A DNA stretch of 64,000 nt from Cycas panzhihuaensis (taxonomy: Eukaryota > Plantae > Cycadophyta). The stretch's first letter is position 1, and each line of letters opens with the position of its first letter. A model generated the notes under the pieces. That model was not told the DNA's origin, did not search any database, and saw only the letters and a list, made by a program, of their open reading frames with translations. Positions 12,901 through 26,435 of the stretch are shown here, piece by piece. The position numbers and the translations under genes are program-made. The DNA is taken from positions 177,079,741 through 177,143,740 of the forward strand of contig CM041465.1 in assembly GCA_023213395.1 (NCBI GenBank). Direction: 5' to 3'.

Positions 12901-15900
12901 AGCAATGCCCTTAAGTAGACTCTATTGTAGAACCTATTCACATCCCATCCATAAAAGCAGATAGTTGATTAAAGGCTAGCTTATGCATCAAATATTCAGA
13001 AAAATAGATCTTAGGCTATACTAAGGTATGCAAGTCAAGGCAGATGGTTTTCATAATTGACCCCAACTTGGAAGATGATTGTAAAATTGAAGAAGAGCCT
13101 ATGCAAGATGATGAGCAATCGCAAGATTTATCACCACCTAATCATCACAATGAAATTTTTCTATTTATTGTTTCCTCTGCTTCCTACCCAAAACCACTCT
13201 AGGTGAAAGGAACCCTTTAAAAAATGCCTATTTTAATATTAATCAATGGTGGTATGTCTTTAAATTTTATTGATATCTTTATATCTCATTAATTAAACTT
13301 TTACATTCTTCCCAAAATTAGATTTGCTTATTCCTTATGCCAGAATAATTAAAAACCTTTATATCCAAATTGACACTTATTAACTCACTTCAAATTTTTA
13401 TGCTCTATTAATAAGATCATACGCCATTCTTGGAGTCCAATGGCTCTAAATTCTAGGAGCATACAGTATGAAAATCCCTTAATAATCATTCTATTTTATT
13501 CAAAGACCACATTAGTCAAAAACATAAATGATATGGAATCCAATCCCCTCTTAATCAAGTCACATCTCCTAAGCAAATGTGTAAGCATTTGAATAAGTGT
13601 TAGCTATATTCTTCAAATCAACAATATCCAACCTAATAGTAACATTCATCCACATGTCCACAAACTCCTCTATAAATACCAATCTTTATTTTCTCCACTT
13701 CCTACAAGCCCCCACCTTTCAAATCATGGTTTTTACCACTCCATTCACTTTAAGAGCCTTCATAATCTCATTAGTCTTTGCCCATATAAAAATTCTTGTT
13801 TTTAAAATAATAAAATTGAGAAAATCACAAATGAGTTGATAAGCATGGGCATCATTATAACATAACCCAATCTTCTTAAGCAGATGAGGTACTAGTATAG
13901 AGAAACCATCCAGGGTTAAGTGTTGATGTTAACTATTTAAGTTTTGTGTGTAGGCCACTAAACCCTCTAATTTTATGTAAGGCCATTAGGTCCACTAATA
14001 AGATTGTGAAAGAGAAATCTTCTTTTGTCTATTTAAGAGTCAAAGATTACTTGTAATGGTACTAATTATTATTTTCTTTTCTAAGTGAAAGTACTTCAGT
14101 ACTCCTTTGGTGCTTTTTTGGTGTCCATCGTGTGAGATACTTCTATAATATTAGACTCCAAAGTTAATAGAAGTACTTTATTTGTTCTTTTAACTCATCC
14201 TCTTTTAGATTTGCAAAGATAATTTCAGGAAGATACACTCCAAGTGGTATCAAAGCAAGGTTTGACGACCCTTTAAAGGCACTCAAGAGTTAAAAAAGGG
14301 AGAATTTTTATTTTTCATTTGGTAACACTTGTAAACCTTCTCATGTACTACTTTCTTTTAGTTTCATCTTTTAGTCATTTTAATTTCTATTCAAGGGTAG
14401 ATTACACTACTTGGCAGCTACCATTTTCTACTCTCTCCCTCCCTCTCCCTGGTTAGATAATTTTACATGATAACTACCTAAATTAAATAAGTAGAGAGCC
14501 TATACTAGGGTCTATAAATATCATAAGTATCTATTATTTTGGGCTAAGTGTACTATGGATTTTCCTCCCTTATGTGAAGGAATTTAGTGAAGTTTGTTGA
14601 ACCAAGCCTTAAACAGAACTTGACTTTAGAACCAAGCCTCCACATACCCTTAGGTATATAGGAGAACCTTGATAAGCTCCCTACCCATCTTAGAATAGGT
14701 AAACTTCAAGTTGGTTGTCCTTTGAGGTGTACACATTAGCAATTGGCACTTAAAAGCTACTCTATATAAAAAATTTTACATAGTTGTAGACCCTACAGAA
14801 ACAATCTTTCCTCCATAGATAATACTCTAAGATATTGAGCTGAGCTACAATAATAGTAGAGAAGTTTATCATAGGGCCTATAGAGCTAAGCACTCTCTAT
14901 GTTAGAGTCTAATAGGTCTCCTTTGATTTAAAGTGCCACTCACATAGAGAAATTGAGTCTATTAAATTGTTGTTGTACATGCGTCACTGAAAATGCAAAC
15001 CTAAAATAATAAGGCCATAACTTTATCTGTACTTATTAGAATAAAAAATGACCTAGACTGTTGAACTTATCGCTAACAAAAATAAGTTTATGACCAAAAA
15101 ATTTATGGTTAAAATTCATACATCTTGATTTGATTAGCATCATATTTTAATTAGTGCATCATACTAATTAGTTTGCACTAGGTCAATTTTTATATTCTAT
15201 TTTAGGTATAGCAACACCTGGATTACTGGTAGGCCTTGTCGCTAAATTACACCCCTACAACTCACCTATCCTAATTTATTAAGCCTTTCACGCTTGCCCA
15301 AGTGCACTAGTTGATTTTTTTACCTAAATTCTGGGGTCAATAGGCTATAAACACCCCAAGCCCCATCCCCACCCCCTTATCCTTTATGTATCACGTCTTC
15401 TTCTTAAGACATTCCCTATTTCTTAAAAGCCCATTCTTTCTTGTTATTCCATATTTTGTAGATTTCTCTTTCTTCCTGCTAAGTCCCACTTCTTTAAAAC
15501 TCATTCTATATTTCTCATGGCATGTTCACAAGGATAAAGGATCTCTTCACTAGAAACCAAGCTTGAAGCTTTTCGATAAGAGATGAAGGTTGAGTTAGCC
15601 AACCTTCCTTCCAAGGTAGAATTCTTAGCACTGGTCAATCAATTAATTCAGTCCAATTCTAATAGCACTGGAGCATTGAATATGATGGCCAACTCTCCTC
15701 CTCCTCACCTTCTACAAGTGAATAATATAACACAGGGAGGCCATTCACATAGGTAGTAGTTGCTCCACAAATGAAGAAGACTAGCTATTATATGCCTCTA
15801 TCCATATGGATGGAAAAGCTCATCACTAGTTTACTTAGTTAAAAAAGAATACCCTTTGAATTAAACATGGTTACACTTCACAAATTATTTCGTTAAGTAA

Positions 15901-18900
15901 TCTGAGGACACTTGAAGCCAACCATACTTTACTCAATTGACACGATTCAAAAAACCATCATTTATAGAGGTCTTTACAAATGAATTTCAAGCATTATACA
16001 ATTAGTCCCCTCAAATCCAAGGCTTGGATAAACAAACCTTGATCAGCATTTATATAGTAAGCCTCTAGAATTGTATTCAGATGTGCCTCAAGACATCGTC
16101 CGTAAGATGTCACAAGGAAGCTATCAAAATGGCTCAAACAGTGAAAGAAAAATTTGTGGCTAAAAGACCCTTATACACTTGATAGGATAACCCATAGTTC
16201 TTATGATCCCATCAATCAGGCTTTGAATAACCTCAACCCTATTTTAATGAGACAACTCAACCATAAGTACATTTCCAATGTCCCAAACCATGAGTTGATG
16301 ATGTAACTCATCGTGCAATAGATCAACATGCCAAAGACTCCTCACCAAAAAGAGTCTAAATATTATAGCTAGAAGCATAACATTGAATAGAGATTAGCCT
16401 CTATGTTCAATACTTAAAAAAGTGGACTGTTGAACATGGTCACATTTGTAAAGTGAGGTGTATAGTCTTTTCTATTGACCCTACCTTATCCCCTGATGAA
16501 TATTCAAAGTTTGATTCAAAACATAAGGCTAATGATGACTTCTCAGAAGATCCCACCCTTGAGCCTCAACCTGAAGTATCCGTCTTAGTTGTAGCCTCCT
16601 CCTCTTATCCTAAACAGTTACGAGTTAAGGGCATCCTCCATAAAACTCTAATGTTAATCCTAATTCCCTAAACTTTATTGACATTTCATTTGCTCGATAG
16701 TTAAACCTTTATATTATCCCAAAAACTGGCTTTACTTGCTCCCTATTAGAGTACTAGAAGCTCCACTATATTGGTGTCATAAGAAACCTACATGTCTAGA
16801 TTGGCATCTTAGATTTCTTCACATTATCAATAGGAGAATTTAACATTATATTAGAAATTTAGTGGCTACAAACCTTAGGGACTTATAGTACCAACTCCTC
16901 CTCAATCCATCCTTTTATATTGTTCAAGGACCAAATGGAAGAAACACAAACTCTATGAGTTACAGTCCCACCAAACTGATTAGTTTTGCTAGCTTGTATA
17001 ACAAGACACCTTCAATCCAACCTTGGTTATATCATTTGTCTTAAAAACATTCAAGTTGGCCCTCAAATCTACCCATGCATCCAAGATATCATTACTAAAT
17101 ATGAGTAAGTATTTACTCCCCTTCCTACCACTACTCTACTTGACCATGGTTTCTTTCATACTATCAAGCTCCAATCCAATCACGATCCAATTAGCTTGCA
17201 CCCATATAGAAATTCATACTTTCAAAAAAATAAAATCAAGAAAATCACTACTAAACTAATGGATATAGGAATAATCCAACCAAGAAAAAGCCCATATGCA
17301 ACCCTAATTATCTTGGTTAGGAAAAGAGATGGATCATTTTTCCCTTGTGTGGACTATAGGGAACTTAATAAAAATATCATAAAAAATAAGTTCCCCACTC
17401 TGAGAATAGATGATATGTTAGATGAAATCTACTGAGCCTCAATCTTTTCTAGGCTAGATTTACAATCTAGATATTATTATATCCCAGTTGCTCTAAAGGA
17501 CTATAATAAAATGACTTTTTAGAATATATCATGGCTATTTATAGTTCTATGTGATGCCTTTCAGCCTTTGTAATGCACCTCCACCTTTCAAGCACTCATG
17601 AATAGGATATTTGGCCTCCACCTTTAAAATTTTGTTATTGTCTTCTTTAATGATATCCTTATTTATAGTTCCTACTTAGACCATCACATTCAGCATCTTG
17701 AGATTATTTTCCAAATATTACAGCAACACCAATTATATTCCAAACTTTATAAGTGCGAGTTTAGGAAAACAGAACTTTAGTTATCACTACTTGGCCAACA
17801 CCAACTAATCTCACATAATTGTAAACTTTCCTTGGCGTCATAGGATTCTATCATCTTTTTGTGTGAAACTACGCATCCCTCATAACTCCACTAATCAACT
17901 TACTCTGTAAAGACTCCTTTTAATATTCTTTAGAGGTTGAAGTTGCCTTCTCCTATCTCAAGGTCATAAAAACCTCTAGCCTAGTCCTTGCCACTCTTGA
18001 TTTTAGCCAACCATTCTAACTTGAATATGACACATCAAAATTTGGCTTGATCACAATTCTCATGTAAGACTACCCTCCAATTACATTTAAATTCTGAAAA
18101 CTGAAAAATCATAAACTTTAACTTTCTACATACCGTAAGGAAAACAAAACCATCTTACATGTTGTGGATGTGTGGTATCAATATCTCTTCGTATCAAAAG
18201 TTCTTATCCTTACAAACCACTAAAGCCTCCTTAGCCTATTAGGTTAGCCAATTTTGTTTAAAGAATAAGTTAAATAGATAAATTACCTATAGGTCTTTGA
18301 CTTTATAATCTCTTATAAAAAAGACAGGCAATGTAGCATTAGATGTCTTTTCTCACCTACACCTTGATTCTAGTACCCCCACCTGTGGTATTCATAGTAT
18401 ATCAAAGCCCCACCCCATTTGGTTTAATGAATTATACGCCAAAAATTAATCTTATCTTGATTACACTCGCTTGAGTGAAAAATCTCTCACCTAAAAATGT
18501 TGGTCACCCGACAACAACTGTTGTTACTTAGAAATCATATTTTTATACATCGATCCTCCTTAATCATCTCTTGTATTTTAACATAGTACCATTCCACTCC
18601 CATAAGGGCCACTCAAGATTTAATAAAACCTATCAATGTATTCATATAGATTTCTTTTGTCCCTACATGAAACCTACCATCTTCACATTTGTATGAGAGT
18701 GCGACATTTGTCAATAGAACAAGGTGGATACCAAATCCCTACCAAGTCTTCTCTAGCCACTGCACATTCCGTAAGGCAAATGGCAGGACACTACCATGGA
18801 TTCTATCACTAGTTTGCCTATGTTTATTAATTTTCACTCTATTTGGGTAGTCATTGATAGATTAACTAAGAATTCAAACTTCCTTACAATTCACCCCTCG

Positions 18901-21646
18901 TATACATCTTCCCATCTTGTTGACATGTGCATCCAATTTATTTTTCACCTTTATAGATTTCTCTCCACCATCACGTGTGATCGCAACCCCAAGTTCATTA
19001 ACTCCTTTTAGCAAGAACTCTTTAAAGCCATAGGAACCTTATTCAACATGAGTTTCACTTACTATCTTCAAACAAATGGTTAATCTAAGGTTTTGTATAA
19101 AACTTTAGAAATTTACCTTCATTGTTTGGTCTCCTAATACTAAGCTGAGTGGACCTCCTAGCTTTCCTTAGTAGAATATTGGTACAACCCATCTCACCAT
19201 TCAGTCATTAGTATGTCCCTATTTTTGGCCTTATATAGTTATCACTCCCCTTTATATCATACCTTAGTGACTAATTCTCAGACTACCTTAGCCCAATAAA
19301 ATTTTTAGGAGATGGACCAAATCCTCCATAGCCTTAAGCAAAACCTAGCTACTGCATGCAATCGCATGAAGCAACTTATCAACTGCCACAAGTCCAATCA
19401 ATCATTTGACATTGGAGATCTCATGTTCCTCCACCTCCAACCATACAAATAATAATCTCTTAAGTTCCATCAAGGCCATAAGTAAATCCCACATTATTAT
19501 GATCCATATAAAGCCCTCCAAAAGATTAGTAAAGTTGCCTATGCACTTGACCTTTATCTAGACACCAATATCCATAATATATTTGATGTCTCTTACCTAA
19601 AAAAAAAATCAGTAGAAAAGTTACACCTCACACCACCCTACTAATTCTTAATAATGAACAACACCTCATAGTCCTACCAAACCAAATCCTTGCCAGTTGT
19701 CAGCACCGACTCTAGAATCACACCATTTCTAAGCATCCAATACAATGGTTTTATCATGATGTAGATGAAGCAACTTAGGAATCTAAAGAGTTTGTCCAAT
19801 AACACCCTCATCTCTAATGCTTTAGAGGCTCACCATCTTAGAGGTAGGGACCTATAACATAACTCCATTTTCTTAAGTAAATGAGACACTAATATAGAGA
19901 AACCATCTAGGGTTAAGTGTTGATGTTAACTATTAAGTTTTATACATGAATTACTAAGCCCTCTAATGATATATAAGGTTATTAGGGCCACCAATGATAT
20001 GTAAGGCCATTAAGGCCACCAATAGAATTATGGAAGAGAGAACCTCTTTTGTCTATTTAAGGGTCAAAGATTGCTTATAATGGTACTGATTATTATTTCC
20101 TTTTCTAAGAGAAAGTACTTCGATGCTCCTTTGGTACTATTTTAGTATCCATTGTGTGAGTTGTTATGTAATATTGGATGCCAAAGTTAATAAAAGTGTT
20201 TTTTTTATTCTTTCAACTTATTCTCCTTTAAATTCACAAGGATAATTTTAGGAAGATACACTCTAATCATCCAACTCAGTAAAAACCCTTACACTACACC
20301 TATCAACCTAGTTAGGAGAAAAAATGGGTCTTTTTGCCTTTGTGTTAATTATCATGAACTTAATATGATCATGATCAAGAATAAATTCACTAGACCTTGA
20401 ATTGATAAATGCTTAATGAGATATATAGGGCTATGATTCTTTTGAAACTGGACTTTTAATTTAGTTACTACCAAATTCCTATCATCCTAGGAGATCACCC
20501 CAAAGTTGCTTTTTACATACAACATAAGTACTTTGAATTTCAAGTAATGTATTTCAATCTTTGCAATGTTGTAGAAATATTTCAAGCCTTGACGAAAAAG
20601 CTCTTTACACCATATCTTTGAAATTTTTACTTTTTTTTTTAAATAATATCTTTGTGTATAGCCTGAATTTACAGACTCACCTTTGACATCTAGAGACCAT
20701 TTTTTAGATCATCGATCATCATAATCTCTATGCCAAGTTATCCAAATGTAAGTTTGGAAAATTTGAGCTTTAATATTTAGGCCATATCATTTCATCAAAT
20801 GGAGTCTAACTTGACCTGAATAAAATTTCTATCATCACTACCTAACCAGAACCCAAAAATCTCACCTAGCGCAAAGCTTTCTTAGGTCCCATAAGGTTCT
20901 ATTACTAGATTGTTTGAAACCATACTTATATTGCTGCCTTGCTAATAAACCTACTTTGAAAAGATGCCTTTGTATGGTCTTCAAAGGTAGATTTAGCCTT
21001 CAATAAGTTTAAGGTTGTCATGACTTCTACCCCTCTTTTAGCTACCCCCAAATTCTCACAAACCTTCCAATTAGAGTGTGATGTCTTAGGTTCTAATTTA
21101 GGTGTTGTTATTAAATAATACCTTCACCCCATAGCATTTGAAAGTAAGAAATTCAAGGATCATGAATATCACTTATCCACATATCGCATTGTCAAAAAGT
21201 GGTGCCAATATTTTTGGGACTCCAAATTCACTATCTCAACTGACTAAAATAACCTTTGTTACCTACTCGACCAACCAACCCTCTCTGAGAAGTAGGCAAA
21301 ATGGATTGATCGCTTGCATGCCTTTGATTTTAAGATCTCATATAAGAAGGGAAAAGGAAAAGTTGTTGATGCCCTCTTCCATCTTCCAATAGACACTCCC
21401 CCTACTAAACTAGCCATCCATGAAATCTATATCCCCAAACTATTACTGTTAACATACCTAATAAGTAAGAATAATGCAGAATAATATTTTGTCAAATGGA
21501 CCTCCAAAGTCCACTCCCAAAAAGACTAGTCTTTACATAATTCCCAACTATTATATCAAAATCATATATTTGTCCACCCCAATTTATCATTTATCCCAAG
21601 AATTCTATATGAATACCATTCCACTCCCCTTAGTGGCCACGTAGGA
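9913..21646 (+). mobile_element. Host Ty3/gypsy element: LTR 9913-10363, PBS 10366-10377, gag from ~11998, protease, RT/RNase H 13800-13855 + 20271-21400, integrase start; truncated by a PLE
   Basis: TG...CA LTR plus TGGTATTAGAGC. RT reads MGII|QLSKNPY..PI.LVRRK across the nested insertion. FQLECDV and HPIAFES (RNase H); EYHSTPLSGH (integrase HH motif). Confidence 0.85.
13856..20265 (+). mobile_element. Nested full-length chromoviral Ty3/gypsy (LTRs 13856-14242 and 19853-20265; TSD ATCAT), copy 1
   Basis: TSD ATCAT at 13851-13855 and 20266-20270; PBS 14245-14256; PPT before 19853; decayed gag-PR-RT-RH-IN; chromodomain-like QILAS...IQWF...EAT*ES at ~19660-19810. Confidence 0.93.
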
Positions 21647-23140
21647 AAACATCGCATGACAGACCCTCATGATAGACCTTAAATGATGTCTAATAGGATC
21701 ACTTGATCATCATTAAGCTACCTGGTAAGAATCTAGGGATAGCAATCTTAGATATATCATGGTATAGTTTAGAGGAAATGAGATAACTCAATGATTCACA
21801 GGTGTATCTTTAGGTTGCAGAGGTCCCTTGGGACTAGATTTAGCAGAGGCTTAATCAAGTATTTTTTTGATTTCACCATATCCTCAATAATAGGAAGAAA
21901 TTTCTAATGAAGCACTCCCTAGCTCTACCTAACCCTATGCCTTCTACCTTCCTCCAAAGATTTAAAAGGTTGGTCTTGTTGGTAAACCCATTTGTGGCTA
22001 TTGCAACTATCCTCTTAAGCCCACCTCTAGATTCTTATACTACATGATTCTTCCTATTTTGCTCAAACAAAAGAACTACTTGATCTACTCCCTTACTCTC
22101 CTTAGAGATCTCTCTAATATTAAGTTGCCATTGAACATACTATTATTTACATTTGATGTTGAGTCTCTCTATCCTAGCATTTTGACCATTGAAGGCCTCA
22201 ATGCTCTACATGAGTTGCTTATTATTCATATTATAAGGAAGAAAAAGCTTAATGCTTCCATTATAAACTATTTACTAGAGTTTGTTGATATTGTTCTCTA
22301 GTCACATTATGTGAAATTCAATGGATTGTTCTTCAAATAAATTAGAAGAATTGATATGGATAGTAATTTTGTAATGGTTTATACTTGTCTGTTTCTATGC
22401 CATCTTAAGAAAATAGTTGAGGAAAATAACAATCTTCAAAACCTTTTATTCTACAAAATATTTATTGATGATGTTTTTGGGATTTGGCACAAATTGGAGT
22501 ATTAGCTTCAAGATTTCTTCAGTCAGTAATAGTCAGTGTAGCTAGAGAATATTAGGATCACTTATGTTATTTCTTCTACTTCTATCAACCAATTAGATAT
22601 CATTTTCTAGAAGGGAAAAGATTTTATGAAAATTGACCTACTCTCCATGAATTGCTACCGGAAGCCTTTAAATACCTACCAATATATACCTTTTAGTTCT
22701 TGGCATCCTAAGCATCAGAAAATAAGTTTCATTGTTAATAAACTCCACAAATTTCTTCTCAAAGAAAAAGAACACAATGGATTTGTTCACATGAGAGACT
22801 TATTCTATAATAGACTTAGAGCTCGAGGCTACCCTAAAGACTTTTTGTCGCATTATTTTAGCAAGGTTTTAATTTGTGACCACCTAAACTACTCGAGAAG
22901 TATTACTCTCAAGTAATGCGAAAGGGTAAGAGGGCCCCCTTAGTAATCAAGCCTAATTATTCTAAGTTTAGTAGAGAGCTTAACCTTAGGGAATCCCTAA
23001 ACCCTAAACTATTGGGGCTCTACCAACAAGACCCTGACTTGAGGTAGATCCCAAAAGTGCTAATCTGTTGAAGAAACCTATGGAAACTTGAAACATTCTT
23101 AATGCATAGTAGATTCCTTAAAAGTGGGGCATTATAGACA
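21647..23140 (+). mobile_element. Penelope-like element (PLE) reverse transcriptase, 5'-truncated, copy 1
   Basis: IIKL(P/A)(G/D)K(N/D)L, FYLPPKI.K, G(K/R)PI, FTFDVESLYPSI, FKQIRGT..GS, YKIFIDDVFGIW, YRKPLNTYQYIPFSSWHP and RLRARGYP match PLE RT and thumb motifs. Confidence 0.88.
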
Positions 23141-25798
23141 AAGTAGTTTAAGATGAAACAAATACTAATGATCAACCCTTGATGACTAATTTTAACCTGG
23201 ACGACACAATTCTTGACACTATGACATCGATGGCCCTAGAGATGGAACAAGAAGAGATGGATGACTCAAAAAATGCTTGTTAACAAGCTCTGTAGTATTG
23301 TTCACAACAACCTCTTGATCACTTTTGATATGCTTAGAAGATAGCAATAGTCTTATGCCTCTTGAGGCACTAACAATACTAATGAGTTCTAGCCCATCTT
23401 TTTAAAGTGGGTATTTTTTGGCTTACTTAATAATTTTACAATTTGTAATAGTAGCATTATGATGGGAGGCTTAGAACCCACATTTCACTCCCTTATCTCT
23501 TATTATTCTTTATTGTATTTTAATCACAACAAGAAACTTAAACCTTGCACAGATAACTCATTTTCTTAATTCTTGCATAGATTGACTTTGGCCACCACAT
23601 GTCACACCCTTTTATGGTTGTCATTACTACCCTTATTTCTTGTACTTATTGCTAGGATTCTATTGACTCCTAGCTATTGGCAAGATTCCTTTACCTTTTC
23701 TTAATTATTATGTAAGGTTCTCGACTTCCTCAAAGTTGCCTATGTAAGTTTCATTCTGAATAAAAACAAAATCATATCCACTCATGAATTCATGAAGAGC
23801 AAAATCTATTTGAAATATCCCTTTTGTATAGTTGTGAAGCAATTAATAAAAATTTCTAGTTTTGTAATGTTATCATAGCATTTTACCTTTTACTTTAAAG
23901 TTTTTGCTTGGTTCATCTACACTATAATACTTTTTACCTAAGTTAATCTTCCAAAACTCTATTTCACTACATGCTTGTATTCTTTACTACTTTTAACTTA
24001 CATATGGTTAAAAATATAAATCAACCCAATTATTTTTGGATAGGAGATGTTGAGGTGTAAGGAGGAATTATTGAAGGGGAAATCTTGCCATAGATGATTA
24101 ATAATCCTCTAGATCTAAGCAATGATTATCATGAACATTAAATAAGGCTTGGTATATATGTCCAAGTTTTTTTGGAGATAGTTTAATGACTAGGGAAACA
24201 TACTTAGAACAATTTTTTTTTATGTGTAAAAAATTCATCACGTAGGCGGTGTTGGGGTTAATGTTCATCACCCTACTTCCATATTTCATACATGTGAGTG
24301 CACACATATTAAGGTAAGTTAGGTAAGGTTAATTTGATTTGAGTTAAGCTGTTGAGTTATGTAATATTTTATTGTTGTTTGAATTCTAGGGGTTGAGGAG
24401 TTTCCCTCCTCCCCTAAAATATATATTTAGAGGGGTGTCCAACCCTAGTGTCTTTAAACACTGCCTATATTAGAAATTTACTATGTACTCACTCAAAGAT
24501 GGATTGAATACAAAGGCTTATATGTTTATGCTATAATGGAATAATTTTTTATACATGATCTACTCTGTCTCCATGAGGAGTTTCCCTCTTCTCCCAAACT
24601 ATATATTTGGAGGGGTGTCCAACCCTGGTGTCTTTAGACACTACCTATTTTGGAAATTTGCTATGTACTCACTCAAAGATGGATTGAATACAAAGGTTTA
24701 TGTGTTTATATTACAATGGAATGATTTTTGATACATGCTCTGCTATGTCTCCATCATTTTACATTCCTTCATTTGGTATTAGAGTATAGATTCTATGATC
24801 ATTCGCTCAGATTTTGGCTTGTTAAAGTTTTTTTTGAGAAGAAAGAAGATTTATTAGCATCTGAAGTAGATCTACTCACGGCAAGCCAAATATTAGTTCT
24901 ATTCATCTTCTACAAAGATTGATGGCAATTTCTTATATTATTTTTCATTAAAAATATGATTATTTCTTATTTATATTTGTAAAATAACCCATATCTTCAT
25001 ATATCTATGCAGGATCATAGCTATAATCAGTAGATATTCAAGATTTCATCACTTTATGAAGTTTTTATTAATAAGTTATACATATTTTGTTAAATATTTG
25101 ACTATTTTGGTATATCTGGTCCATTTATTCAATATTATTTTTCAAATCTATGCAATAGTTATTACATATTCAACCTAACAAATTTCTTAGAGAAGTTATA
25201 CTGCAAATGGTTAGTTGATAACTATTTATGTGATCTAGCTCTTCATACACTTGGTGAAAGTGTTGCATATGACTATTTGCTGGAATCCTGGCAAGCTGAT
25301 CTGTCTATTGGAGAAATCAGTTCAAAGTTTCGCCTTGTGTGGAAGAAGTTCTCATCCTCTGAAGTCAATCTTCTACACACCTACTACTGCTGCATTACCA
25401 AGTTCTTCGTATATTTACGTTTAGATATAAATTTATATATATTTCTTTGATATATCCTCTCCAATATATTTGAAAGATTTGTTATAGTTTTACATTGATA
25501 TATTGGTATATAGTATTGATTTGGTCGTATATACACCTATATTATTGTGTTTAATCTCTATGTGTGGCTTCGTTTCTTCCATAGTACACCTATTGTGTGT
25601 GAAGAAACCCTGATTTATATTTGGACATCCTGTTTCAAGGTAGCTTGGAGACCATTTTGAGTTTTGGCCTGTGAAATCCATTTGTGAAAAATAGTAAAAT
25701 CTATTACATAAATAGTTCTCAAAACCATTTTGTTAAACAACCCTATTTGAATCATACCATTATTTGTTCATCTGCATACTTGGCTCTTTTTTATTCGC

Positions 25799-25960
25799 TT
25801 AACTCTTCACTTCTGTTGTTGTACACATGAATGACTGCATGCAGATCTTGTAATGAACTGTCATTGCCTTTTTATTAAAGTCAAGTTGACTCCCTTTGGT
25901 GCTCTTGGCCTTCTCTTCTCTCCCAGGCCACCTTGGATTTCTACCCATTCCCACCATTAC
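25799..25960 (-). pseudogene. Captured fragment of an At2g23090-like small zinc-binding protein (4F5/zf-met2 type)
   Basis: GGNG*KSKVA.ER, then (frameshift) EKAKSTKGSQLDFNKKAMTVHYKICMQSFMCTTTEVK. This matches the family pattern GGGNGQKS.MAR...KGSQLE.NKKAMSIQCK.CMQTF.CTTSEVK. Confidence 0.8.
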
Positions 25961-26300
25961 TGGATCAACATATGAATCAGGTAGAACAAAGATGACTCTG
26001 GGTAACCCCACAAGTTTGTTTAAGGCCTCCTCATCAATTTGGCAACAAAATCCATAGTAACGCTTATACAATACATTGTATATTATCTTCTTGGCTGCCT
26101 CCTCAGTTCCCAAAACCTTGGTGAGTTTTTTAATATAACAGTCGATTATTTCCTCCTTTGTAATTTTACCCTCATTGGGAGGGTCCATCACGATGAGCTA
26201 ATACTCATAGTCATAGCTTGGGAAGAGTGCCATGGTCTTCACAAGGGGGCTATCAATTTAGTTTGGCAAGTCATTCATCAATGGAGAATACCCTGAGTCG
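25961..26300 (-). pseudogene. MORF: Captured intronless MORF/RIP/DAG (organellar RNA editing factor) fragment
   Basis: DSGYSPL...ALFPSYDYEY*LIVMDPP...IIDCYIKKLTKVLGTEEAAKKIIYNV...YYGFCCQIDEEALNKLVGLPRVIFVLPDSYVDP corresponds to the MORF box. Confidence 0.92.
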
Positions 26301-26317
26301 CATGAGAATACCCTCAG

Positions 26318-26435
26318 ATACCATTGGTAGTTGCTCTATAGATAGAAGTGCATCCATCATTGCTTCTAGCGTCCTTGTTTGCACCATCCTGTAACATAAT
26401 TCTCACACATTCAATATATCCCTTGACGATAGTAG
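26318..26435 (-). pseudogene. Captured ankyrin-repeat fragment (possibly VAPYRIN-like)
   Basis: KGYIECVRIMLQDGANKDARSNDGCTSIYRATTNG fits the ankyrin consensus. Confidence 0.7.

Noticed and set aside
23379-23410. CTAATGAG possible decayed hammerhead core downstream of the PLE
   Set aside because: No GAAA or three-stem fold is recognisable in either copy.
25799-26191. Functional host MORF gene
   Set aside because: Lies inside an LTR element, lacks an intact transit peptide, has a stop at the conserved W before LIVM, and is fused to unrelated fragments.
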